From a virus, in IMG/VR virus record IMGVR_UViG_3300045921_000191, positions 1 through 64,000 of that record: a DNA stretch of 64,000 nucleotides. One strand, given 5' to 3'. The position numbers were made by a program, and so were the translations under genes. Under the pieces are notes generated by a model, which was not told where the DNA came from, ran no database searches, and worked only from the letters and a program-made list of their open reading frames with translations. This document shows, in pieces, positions 1-8,288 of the stretch (position 1 is the stretch's first letter; every line of letters begins with the position of its first letter).

Positions 1-370
1 AAGAACTCCTTACCCAAGCAACTCAGGTAGTTAGCCAGTACGCTCACGCTCTTTGAGCCGAGAATGCCGAGCTTAGTCAAGCGTTACTGACTGCGTTAGA
101 TACTTGAAAGAAGGGAAGGCTAGATTTGCTCCCAATACCACGAATAGTTTCGTGGATGATTTTATTGCTGAGTGGGAAGTCTAACGCAGTGAGTCATAAT
201 ATTATGAAATCTAAAATTTTATCAGGAAAGTCAGAAGCATAAGAAGGTAAAACAGTTCTAGTAACCCTTTAGTACAAATTTGTATACTGAAGATACGCAT
301 TTTCTAATTAGTCAAGAGGACTATGAGAGAGTTTGCGTACACAAATGCTATGCACAGACTTGATTCCCAA

Positions 371-463
371 TAGCTCAAACGGCTCCCGAGGTTGAGCCAG
401 GTTTGTAAGGGATTTGAGCCAGGGTTGTTCCAACCTTGAGCCAATCAAACGTCGTGTAGCTCA
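371..463. repeat. Phased short repeats: TTGAGCCA x3 at a 22-bp period, flanked by TAGCTCA
   Basis: TTGAGCCA at 392, 414 and 436; TAGCTCA at 371 and 457 (also 606). Confidence 0.75.
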
Positions 464-709
464 TTTTAGAGCGTTTAAAACAGTGTCAACTTAAATTGTC
501 AAGTATTATATAATCAAATTAAACTTTATCAAACATATCAAGTAATTAATAGTGTACAAGAATGATCAAGTAATATATTGATCACTAATTTCAAAATTGA
601 GTAGTAGCTCACATGGCTCACACTCAACTAAATTAGTCAACTATTATATAAAGTACTCTTATTACGAGTCACCACTAGGTGCAATGCCTAGGGAGTTTCA
701 CTGTAGCAT

Positions 710-1246
710 GACCTATCCCCCTGGTATCATTAGGTATTTGATCCCTATGTTAAGATAGTATGAGCATGATAATAAACATTATCGTGCATTGTATAAAAAT
801 TAAACAGCCATGCCATGCGCTCGCTGAGCAATTGGAAAGTTATGCAATAGCCCTCGAAGCGGCGGTGCGGTATGTTTATTTGACCTATTAGCTATGCTCT
901 ATCGTGTCACCTATCCAATACCATGAGTGACTTAATAGCCTATCGCTTTACTGATATTAGCTATCCTGTTAATGTGAGTAAAGCCTATCTATTGACTTAA
1001 GGCTTTATGGACACGTTAACTATACTTTTCCTTAAGTGACCTTAATAGCAACTATGCTTTACATAACTAGTCTAAATAAAGCTAAGCGCAACGTGCCTAA
1101 AATCGCTCTATCCTAATGCATCTCAATTGACCTAATCGTCAATTCAAATACTTTACATATAAGTCAAGTATTATCACTTTTATGGCCTATCGGTATTATC
1201 GGCTTAATAGCCTATTTTGGATAATATAGGCTTTTACACCTATTGG
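710..1246 (+). repeat. Dispersed CCTAT/CTATC and TTAATAGC repeats in an AT-rich non-coding region
   Basis: TTAATAGC at 932, 1042 and 1204; about a dozen (C/G)CTAT copies on one strand; no ORF >60 aa. Confidence 0.55.
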
Positions 1247-1426
1247 CATGATTTTTGTTTGAGTTTTTGACTAAGCATTAGACGCACTGCATAATAGTTC
1301 TTCACTATTGATAAAGGCTTAATATCCTTGACCACTATCAGTGTTTTAACAGTCTCTTAACCGTGAGTGACTAAAAGTTCTCCATCATACAATCTTAATA
1401 AAGCTTTTAAAATCGCTGTTTTAGCA

Positions 1427-1443
1427 TTGGTATGAGCATTGCA
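1427..1443 (+). promoter_or_regulatory. sigma54-type promoter
   Basis: TTGGTATGAGCATTGCA = GG-N10-GC; ATG at 1455 lies at the expected start site. Confidence 0.65.
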
Positions 1444-1454
1444 ACGTATTAGGT

Positions 1455-1679
1455 ATGAACAACGTTAAAAGCAAAACGAAAGTAATCAGACAAGTCACTA
1501 TTCAAAACGTGCAATTAGAAATTTGGGAAAGTTACCATAACGGCGTGACTTTGTATCACGTCGATGGCTTGCATCCAGTGACTAAGGCGGTGTATCCCGA
1601 ATGCCACCTTGCACGCCATAATATCAAGAGTAAAACCGAACTAAACGCATACTTGATTAGTTTGATCGATTTTCACTGA
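1455..1679 (+). CDS. hypothetical early protein
   Basis: ORF directly after the sigma54-like promoter. Confidence 0.7.
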   Translation: MNNVKSKTKVIRQVTIQNVQLEIWESYHNGVTLYHVDGLHPVTKAVYPECHLARHNIKSKTELNAYLISLIDFH

Positions 1680-1691
1680 AAGGCGGCTCAA

Positions 1692-1916
1692 ATGAAAGTT
1701 TTTAGCGGCATTGATAATAAAAACCGAGTAAGAGAAAATTATACCTATTGGGCAATGATCTATCCAAAAAACGACGTAAAAGCCTACTCATTTAAAGAGT
1801 TTAGCGACGAATTCATGCTAATGCGCTTTATTGAGATCTTAAAAGCGCAAGGCACGCATGGCGGTTTTGGCATGATTCAAAACTCAGGAATTCAAGAAAA
1901 AGTGACGCATATATGA
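1692..1916 (+). CDS. hypothetical early protein
   Basis: ORF with GAAAGGCGG RBS. Confidence 0.7.
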   Translation: MKVFSGIDNKNRVRENYTYWAMIYPKNDVKAYSFKEFSDEFMLMRFIEILKAQGTHGGFGMIQNSGIQEKVTHI

Positions 1917-1982
1917 GAATTCTTAACCTAATACTCATTAGCATAATGGCTATTATAACAATAGCTTTAGTTTGGTTTTATA

Positions 1983-1999
1983 TCGGCACGGCAATCGCA
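1983..1999 (+). promoter_or_regulatory. sigma54-type promoter
   Basis: TCGGCACGGCAATCGCA = GG-N10-GC with the GGCACG core. Confidence 0.6.
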
Positions 2000-2016
2000 A
2001 TATACGGCCTATTATC

Positions 2017-2069
2017 TTAACGTGAATTTAACTGGACTTTTGACACGTTGTGTCTTAAACTGATATTAT
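2017..2069 (+). promoter_or_regulatory. TTAAC-N6-TTAAC direct repeat plus sigma70-like promoter
   Basis: TTAACGTGAATTTAAC, then TTGACA-N18-TATTAT with an extended -10 TG. Confidence 0.55.
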
Positions 2070-2095
2070 AACAAGTAAAGGAAAGGGAAAATAAA

Positions 2096-2857
2096 ATGAA
2101 TAACTTAATCGATACAATAAACGAATTGCAAGCAAGGGCATTGCTTAACAGAAAAACGAGTGATCGTTACGCTATCGTGCCGACTAATGATCTAATTAGC
2201 AAGGTCAACGAAGTGTTGGACGGCAACGAAATTGCAGTCGATAGCATGAAGCTTTTGAAGTCAAATAGAGCGCTGAAAGGCTCAAGTCACGCTATTGAAT
2301 ATACGCTTAATCGGCCAATGAGCATTATGGGCGACGATATTAAGCCGCGCATTATCATTGTGAATTCGTACAACGGAGAAAAGGCCTTGACCGTTTTATG
2401 CGGCATCTTCCGCCTCGTATGTCTTAATGGCCTAGTCGTCGGATCGACGCTCTACAAAGAGCGTGCTATCCACGTCAAAGGTCAAACTTTGGACATGAAA
2501 CTCGACGCTTTAGCAAGCCGCGTGAACGATGCATTGCATTGGATTGACGGCAAGCTTGAGCAGACCGTTTCCGAGTTTCTCAGTATTGAGACCGATAGAG
2601 ACACTCAATTGCGCATCGTGCAAGGACTTGGTCTAAGCAAGCGTATTAGCGAAAGGCTTGAATTCGCTTTTAAAAACCCTAATCGCATGCTTCGCATCGC
2701 CGATCAAGGTCAAAACGCATGGGCGACTTATAACGTAATTAATGAAGTAATTGGGCGCTATACGCATAGCGATATTGCCCGCCTCAATAAGAACGTGACG
2801 CTAATGGATAGAGTTAAAGAATTAGCGTTGCAAGAGACGACTAAAAAAGCCGCCTAA
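2096..2857 (+). CDS. DUF932/DUF945-family phage/plasmid protein
   Basis: Motif RIIIVNSYNG...GIFRLVCLNGLV and W..YNVINE. Confidence 0.8.
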   Translation: MNNLIDTINELQARALLNRKTSDRYAIVPTNDLISKVNEVLDGNEIAVDSMKLLKSNRALKGSSHAIEYTLNRPMSIMGDDIKPRIIIVNSYNGEKALTVLCGIFRLVCLNGLVVGSTLYKERAIHVKGQTLDMKLDALASRVNDALHWIDGKLEQTVSEFLSIETDRDTQLRIVQGLGLSKRISERLEFAFKNPNRMLRIADQGQNAWATYNVINEVIGRYTHSDIARLNKNVTLMDRVKELALQETTKKAA

Positions 2858-2884
2858 GCTTTAGTCACTGTTTAAAACTTGGAT

Positions 2885-2913
2885 AGCTGAATTCATGGAC
2901 GAATTCAGTTTTT
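2885..2913 (+). terminator. intrinsic terminator
   Basis: CTGAATTC-atggac-GAATTCAG followed by TTTTT. Confidence 0.6.
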
Positions 2914-2971
2914 GACTAAGAGTTCGACATCACAAAATCTTAACAAAGTAATAAAAACAACGCCTTAAACG

Positions 2972-2988
2972 TTGGCACGTCTCATGCA
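2972..2988 (+). promoter_or_regulatory. sigma54-type promoter
   Basis: TTGGCACGTCTCATGCA = TGGCACG-N5-TGCA. Confidence 0.7.
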
Positions 2989-3030
2989 TCTATAAAAGTA
3001 TAGACCAAACGAAAGGGAAAGGGTTTTAAC

Positions 3031-3171
3031 ATGAACGAAAAACAAATCGAAGAGATTATGCAAGCGCGAGACGAAGAGTTTTTGATGGGCATTGAAGACT
3101 TGAGTTTTGAAAGTCTTAACGACGAAGAGCTAAACGAAATTGAAGAAATTAATTTCGACGAAGTGGCTTAA
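3031..3171 (+). CDS. small, highly acidic protein (46 aa; not in ORF track)
   Basis: MNEKQIEEIMQARDEEFLMGIEDLSFESLNDEELNEIEEINFDEVA; strong GAAAGGGAAAGGG RBS. Confidence 0.7.
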   Translation: MNEKQIEEIMQARDEEFLMGIEDLSFESLNDEELNEIEEINFDEVA

Positions 3172-3199
3172 TTAAAAGCAATAGGAAAGGGAAAATATT

Positions 3200-3673
3200 A
3201 TGGGATATACGCATTATTGGAGTTTTAAACGTGATAAATCTATGAGCGCCGAGCAAGCCGAGCAAGCGCATCAAAAAGCTATAAAAGAATGCACGAAAGT
3301 TTTGCGCACGCTAAAACGCGACGGCATGAGACTTTCAGGCTATTCAGCTAATAGCGCTAAGCAATACGGCGGCTTAAAGGTCAATGGGAAAGGCGACGAT
3401 GGGCACGAAGATTTTGTTATTAGGGAACATTTTAGTCAAAACGTCGATCAAGGCGGCGATTTTTGTAAAACTGCGCGGAAAGAATACGACGACGCGGTGA
3501 CGGCATGCCTTGCTATCCTCAAATACCGCTTAGGCGAATGCATTAGCGTGGCGAGCGTCGGCCTCGCTTCGGATTGGCAACGCGGAGTTGAAATAGCTTC
3601 GCGCATCCTAAAGCGTAAAATCAAAAACCCAATGGGCGAAGTTATTAACACTTCGCAACGAAAGGCGGCTTAA
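3200..3673 (+). CDS. conserved phage hypothetical protein
   Basis: MGYTHYW start and FCKTARKEYD motif; AAAGGGA RBS. Confidence 0.75.
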   Translation: MGYTHYWSFKRDKSMSAEQAEQAHQKAIKECTKVLRTLKRDGMRLSGYSANSAKQYGGLKVNGKGDDGHEDFVIREHFSQNVDQGGDFCKTARKEYDDAVTACLAILKYRLGECISVASVGLASDWQRGVEIASRILKRKIKNPMGEVINTSQRKAA

Positions 3674-3768
3674 CGTCACTATCAAAGAAATGAGATAAAA
3701 CCTAATTGATAATTGGGCGGACATTAAGGCTTTGTTTGAAGAGAATTTCGGAAAGGAAGAAGAATAAC

Positions 3769-3903
3769 ATGGGCGCTGAATTTTGCACAATGGAAGTCAA
3801 AGGTACTAATCGTAAAGATATTGAAAAGGCATTCGAAACCGCGCAATACAAAACTAAAGACGGCACGCTTGCGACGCTAATAGGCGCATGGTGTAGTTCT
3901 TAA
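3769..3903 (+). CDS. small hypothetical protein (possibly internally deleted)
   Basis: ATG at 3769 after GAAAGGAAG; ends GAWCSS. Confidence 0.45.
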   Translation: MGAEFCTMEVKGTNRKDIEKAFETAQYKTKDGTLATLIGAWCSS

Positions 3904-3918
3904 CGAAAGGAAAGTGTT

Positions 3919-4062
3919 ATGCAATACGCGGTTAAAGTGACTCACGCAATGGGCTTTGAATTGATTAACGGCTTTGACTCATACCTATCAGCGCTTCGCT
4001 TCGCATCCGAAGTTGCCGAGCGACGCATGGGCATAGTCGAAGTATTGGAAAGGCGGGCATAA
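3919..4062 (+). CDS. small hypothetical protein (47 aa; not in ORF track)
   Basis: MQYAVKVTHAMGFELINGF...VLERRA; RBS GAAAGGAAAG; TAATG coupling to the next gene. Confidence 0.6.
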   Translation: MQYAVKVTHAMGFELINGFDSYLSALRFASEVAERRMGIVEVLERRA

Positions 4063-4247
4063 TGAATAAATTGGAAAGATTTTTACTAAGTAAAACTAAA
4101 GACTTGCTCGAAGCTATCAGGCATAGCGCGGCATTCGAGACTTTGGACAGAGACTTGAGACTTAAAGTTGAGGCAATAGAGACCGAGACTAAAAAGCTCT
4201 TGAATGAAACGCCCGAAGTTGATCATTTTTCAGATTTGTTTGATTAG
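4062..4247 (+). CDS. hypothetical protein
   Basis: Translationally coupled ORF. Confidence 0.6.
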   Translation: MNKLERFLLSKTKDLLEAIRHSAAFETLDRDLRLKVEAIETETKKLLNETPEVDHFSDLFD

Positions 4248-4262
4248 GAAAGGGATTAGACC

Positions 4263-4823
4263 ATGAGTTTAATTAAATTTGTACGAAAGTCAATGGGCAT
4301 GCAGTCTAATGCCGAGCGTGCAAGTGATTTTGCAAGTCAATTAGGTATTAAATTGCTTAGCATTGAGCATGACTTTCATCCACGCAGCATCATGGATATA
4401 TTTGTGTCTTCTAATTCAGCGGGTTTATACAATCACGAATTAGATCAAGTCTTAATCAGTGAATTCTTGACCGATGCACAACGTGCTCAAGTGATTTTGC
4501 ATGAGGTAGCGCATTGGACTGGCGCTATTAACAGGCTTAATCGAGTATGGCTTTCGACTCAAGGCCGACTAAGCTTGCTAGCTGACGGTCAAGATTTAGA
4601 CGCCGCACGCAATCATGAGGAATGCGTGGCCGATATTGCCTCTAAAATGTTATGGCATTATCTGGGCTTAAACGCTAATGCCTTTAACGAAATTAGACAC
4701 GCTCAATACTTGCATTTACATGGGCAAGGTGTTGACGTGAAACTAGCAATGCAAGAGGCCTTTCAGGTAGTGGACTTTTGTGATGATTTGATTAAGGGTA
4801 CTGGGCAAAAACTCGCAGCTTAA
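4263..4823 (+). CDS. zincin-like metallopeptidase (ArdC C-terminal / MPTase-PolyVal type)
   Basis: LHEVAHWTG..NRLNR (HExxH) plus HEECVADIAS. Confidence 0.7.
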   Translation: MSLIKFVRKSMGMQSNAERASDFASQLGIKLLSIEHDFHPRSIMDIFVSSNSAGLYNHELDQVLISEFLTDAQRAQVILHEVAHWTGAINRLNRVWLSTQGRLSLLADGQDLDAARNHEECVADIASKMLWHYLGLNANAFNEIRHAQYLHLHGQGVDVKLAMQEAFQVVDFCDDLIKGTGQKLAA

Positions 4824-4872
4824 CGATAACTTAACTTGCTTTTTGACGCATAATGGCGTAGACTGATATTAG
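4821..4872 (+). promoter_or_regulatory. TTAAC-N6-TTAAC direct repeat plus sigma70-like promoter
   Basis: TTAACGATAACTTAAC, TTGACG at +22, and CTGATATTA shared with the 2017 promoter. Confidence 0.55.
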
Positions 4873-4901
4873 ATACTGGGGAATAGGGAAAGGGATTAAA
4901 C

Positions 4902-6926
4902 ATGAAACTTCAAACGACTAAGAATAACTTGCAATCTAATGCGGAGATGACCTCTAAAGATTTTGGCATAGGCGACCCGAGCGTGGTAATTGAGATTTTG
5001 CGCAATAGGCTCTATGCCTATCCAATTAGGACTTTGGTGCAAGAGTATATCTCAAACGGTCGCGACGCTATCCGAGAAAGTGGAAAGGCTGGGCGCTTAG
5101 TCGTTCATGCTCCGACTTCTTTCGAGCCGACTTTTAAAGTACGTGACTATGGCGTGGGCATTTCACCCGAGCGCATGGGCGACGTATTCGTTATGTATGG
5201 TGCAAGTACAAAACGTGCCACTAACGATCAAACTGGCGGATTTGGCATTGGCGCTAAGTCGGCATGGTCTTACACTGATAGCTTTACGATTAGGACTTTC
5301 GTTGACGGCACTTTGCGAGTATACGTGGCGCACGTCGGCGCTAATTCAAACGGTCGCCTTGACCTTGTGGAAACTCTTAAAACCGACGAAGCCAATGGCA
5401 CTGAAATTCAAATAGCTGTAAAACAAAATGATATTCGAGCATTTCAAGACGCTATTAAACGTTGCGTGTATTTTTGGAATGATTCTGATATGCCTGAAAT
5501 TAAAGGATTGTACGAACCTATCAACAAGACTAAAGGCATTGAATTGTCTGGGCTTGAGCTAATTGAAGAATTGCCGCATTATATCAACGGTGGCAACACT
5601 TCGGGCATGGTAGTGGTTGTTGATGGCATACCGTATGGTGTCGAGTCGAGTTTTGTGCAAGCTAATAAAGAACTGCACGCCTTTCGCGAGCTATTCAATT
5701 GGAATGCATCGGTAGCAGTACGCTTGCCTAATGGCACGGTCGAAATTTCCGCGTCGCGTGAAAAACTGGCCGATTCCGAGCGCACTCGAAGCGCTCTTAA
5801 TGCACTGGCTTTGACTTGGACTGCAACTGTTAAAAAACATTTTAATGCTGAATTTAAAAAGGCTAAAACTGTTTACGAATTTGCCAATACATACCGCAAC
5901 TTTGACCGCATATTCAAGCGCGATAGCATGCCTAAAACCTTTGGCAATATCACGGTAGCTAATGAAGCTTTGACTTGCGATCTATTCGGTAATATCACCA
6001 TGCTAAAAGTTTCCGAATGGCGTGGAAAGGTCTCTAAAGAGAAAACCAAAATCATTAAGTTTGACGACTTTGACCAAGTATTTTTTGACGACGTTGAGGA
6101 AAATCGGGTTTTGCGTGGCCGTCGCTATCGTGAGATGCTTAAAAATAAACACTCTTTTATTGTGGTGACTAATGAGCATATCGAAGTCACTAAAGACTTA
6201 GTGACTGGCAAAGGTGTTAAAACAGTTTCGACTAAAAAATTCAGTGACAAAGAGTTTAAAGCACTCATGAAAGAACTAAATGCCACCGCACTGTCAAGCA
6301 TTGTGGGGCCTGTACACGTTAAAGATCCGACTGTTAAGAAGTCTCGTGCTCGTGGAACTATTGCAGTACACATGGCGTCGCATCGTCGAGACGTTCGAGA
6401 CGTGCATTTAGACACTAATGCTGCTCAATTCCTTTACGCTACATTAGACTATCCTAGTTTTAAAATTGCAGAATTGAGAGACTTTGTTAAAAAAGCTACT
6501 GGCAAGGAACTATGCCGATTGTCTCAAGACGCAATTAAGAAAGTTAAGAATGATGCAAACTTTTCTCCGCTTAGCGATTGGCTTGCAAAATACAAGCCAA
6601 CTAAAGAAGTGATTAGCTCACTCATTGACTCGATTAAACAAAATAAAGATATTATAGAGCATTTGAAGGCTATCAAGGGCAAAATCCAGGTCAAAAAGAT
6701 TTTGTCTATGATCGAAACTTATGATGCATCGACTTACAAAGTGAGCGTGCCAACGGTAATTAAAGATTTAATCGAGAATTCTAAAGAGATTAAAGACTTT
6801 AAAGCCGCTGATAAAGACTTTACTAAGTTGATGCAAGATAAATATCCTCTTATCAAAGAGATTGATATTCGTTCCGCGCCACCTCGCATCAAAGAAGAAT
6901 TGGCTTGGTATTTGAGCGCTAAATAA
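4902..6926 (+). CDS. rIIA: rIIA-like protein (GHKL/HATPase_c N-terminal domain)
   Basis: QEYISNGRDA, RDYGVGIS, STKR..NDQTGGFGIGAKS, SREKL motifs; followed by rIIB. Confidence 0.85.
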   Translation: MKLQTTKNNLQSNAEMTSKDFGIGDPSVVIEILRNRLYAYPIRTLVQEYISNGRDAIRESGKAGRLVVHAPTSFEPTFKVRDYGVGISPERMGDVFVMYGASTKRATNDQTGGFGIGAKSAWSYTDSFTIRTFVDGTLRVYVAHVGANSNGRLDLVETLKTDEANGTEIQIAVKQNDIRAFQDAIKRCVYFWNDSDMPEIKGLYEPINKTKGIELSGLELIEELPHYINGGNTSGMVVVVDGIPYGVESSFVQANKELHAFRELFNWNASVAVRLPNGTVEISASREKLADSERTRSALNALALTWTATVKKHFNAEFKKAKTVYEFANTYRNFDRIFKRDSMPKTFGNITVANEALTCDLFGNITMLKVSEWRGKVSKEKTKIIKFDDFDQVFFDDVEENRVLRGRRYREMLKNKHSFIVVTNEHIEVTKDLVTGKGVKTVSTKKFSDKEFKALMKELNATALSSIVGPVHVKDPTVKKSRARGTIAVHMASHRRDVRDVHLDTNAAQFLYATLDYPSFKIAELRDFVKKATGKELCRLSQDAIKKVKNDANFSPLSDWLAKYKPTKEVISSLIDSIKQNKDIIEHLKAIKGKIQVKKILSMIETYDASTYKVSVPTVIKDLIENSKEIKDFKAADKDFTKLMQDKYPLIKEIDIRSAPPRIKEELAWYLSAK

Positions 6927-6958
6927 TACTTGACAAAACGTGTCAATAGTGCTATGCT
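6926..6958 (+). promoter_or_regulatory. sigma70 promoter with embedded TTGAC-N7-GTCAA palindrome
   Basis: TTGACA-N17-TATGCT; TTGACAAAACGTGTCAA at 6930-6946. Confidence 0.7.
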
Positions 6959-6992
6959 TAATAAAGATCATAAAAGGGAAAGGGAAACCAAA

Positions 6993-7916
6993 ATGAAAGT
7001 AAGTTATCACATCCTACCAAACTCAATTGCCTTGAGTTTTGAAGGAAAAATGTTCACTCTCCAAAAGGACGACTCTCGTTATTCTAAAGTCGTAGATGCA
7101 ATTAAAGCGGGCGATATGGAGTCAATTCCGTCACTCGTAGACGTGTCTAAGTTGCTCGAAGGATCTCCGTTCGAGCTAGTCGAAGGCGCGGTAGTTGTTC
7201 CAGGCGAAGGCGTATTGCCCGAAGCTTTGAGTCGACGCATCATTGCATTGCGCAACGAAGGCTTGCCTATTGAACCGCTAGTTAAATTTTGGGGCAAGCT
7301 TAAGCAAAACCCTTCCTATAACTCACGCCTAATGCTTTATAAGTTTCTAGAGCATAATGGGCATCCCTTGACTGAAGATGGCAACTTTATTGCCTATCGT
7401 GGTGTGTCAGAGGACTTTAAAGACAAGCATACTGGAAAGTTTGATAACTCAGTAGGTTCTGTGTGTGAAATTTCACGCGATCAAGTGGACGATAATCCTA
7501 ATAACACTTGCTCTAGTGGGCTGCATGTGGCGTGTTTTGATTACGCCAGAGGCTTTGGTGAACGACTTGTTGAAGTTGAAGTTGATCCTGCGGACGTAGT
7601 TGCAGTGCCTACTGATTATAACGGCACTAAAATGCGGGTATGTAAATTTGTAGTGGTGGCTGTGTGTGAAGAAATGCGTACCGAAGCGCTTTACGGCATC
7701 AAAGCCGCCGACGATATGCCTACCTTCGAATTTGAAGAGCATAGCGACAATCAAGAAACCATTGAAATGCTTAAAGAAGAGCGTGATTTAGTTGAAAGCT
7801 CTATTGAGGAATTTAACCCAATGCACGATTGTATTGAGGACCTAATTAAAATGCGTGACCGACTTAACGATTTGAATTTGAAAATTGAAGCTATGGAAAG
7901 TAAAGTGGCATCATGA
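6993..7916 (+). CDS. rIIB: rIIB-like protein
   Basis: NPS..SR..LY.FL, DG.FIAYRGV, D.HTGKFDNSVG, CSSGLHV, KMRVCKF; start reassigned to the ATG at 6993 behind AAAGGGAAAGGG. Confidence 0.85.
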   Translation: MKVSYHILPNSIALSFEGKMFTLQKDDSRYSKVVDAIKAGDMESIPSLVDVSKLLEGSPFELVEGAVVVPGEGVLPEALSRRIIALRNEGLPIEPLVKFWGKLKQNPSYNSRLMLYKFLEHNGHPLTEDGNFIAYRGVSEDFKDKHTGKFDNSVGSVCEISRDQVDDNPNNTCSSGLHVACFDYARGFGERLVEVEVDPADVVAVPTDYNGTKMRVCKFVVVAVCEEMRTEALYGIKAADDMPTFEFEEHSDNQETIEMLKEERDLVESSIEEFNPMHDCIEDLIKMRDRLNDLNLKIEAMESKVAS

Positions 7917-8158
7917 TTATCACTCAACAAATGATTCGAGATTGCCTTTATTACAAAGGTTCTTTGACTGCTTTGTCCTTGACAAAAGCACTTGGAATGC
8001 CTGATTATCAAGTCTTCACAGTGAATAGGCACTTACTTGCACTGCAAACGCAAGGCGACGCTTCGCCAGAGTACAATGCCCACGGCCACAAGGTTTGGAA
8101 CATTGCCGACTCGATTAGATTTATGCTAGATACCAGCAACAGGACGTTGATGGGCTAG
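7913..8158 (+). CDS. hypothetical protein (possible winged HTH)
   Basis: ATGA overlap with rIIB. Confidence 0.55.
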   Translation: MIITQQMIRDCLYYKGSLTALSLTKALGMPDYQVFTVNRHLLALQTQGDASPEYNAHGHKVWNIADSIRFMLDTSNRTLMG

Positions 8159-8182
8159 AAAGATACTCCCTTCCTTCCCCTA

Positions 8183-8222
8183 GAGAGTGCTGTCAAACGG
8201 ATTTGGCAGTGCTCTCACTTTA
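8183..8222 (+). terminator. intrinsic terminator
   Basis: GAGAGTGCTGTCAAA-cgga-TTTGGCAGTGCTCTC followed by a short T-run. Confidence 0.65.
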
Positions 8223-8264
8223 ACGTGAACTTAATTTGACTTAAAGAGTCAAGTTTGATAACCT
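8220..8264 (+). promoter_or_regulatory. TTAA-N7-TTAA box plus sigma70 promoter with TTGAC-N7-GTCAA palindrome
   Basis: TTAACGTGAACTTAA; TTGACTTAAAGAGTCAA at 8236-8252; TAACCT -10 at 17-bp spacing. Confidence 0.65.
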
Positions 8265-8288
8265 AACAGAAGAAAGTGAGAATAAAAA

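Noticed and set aside
1-184. Gene fragment at the window start
   Set aside because: Short frames interrupted by stops; cannot be supported without upstream sequence
371-1246. CRISPR array
   Set aside because: Repeats are only 5-8 bp and lack repeat-spacer geometry; the PD-(D/E)xK gene is a typical phage exonuclease
6930-6992. ORF-track TTG start for rIIB
   Set aside because: That TTG is the -35 box of the promoter; the ATG at 6993 has the RBS
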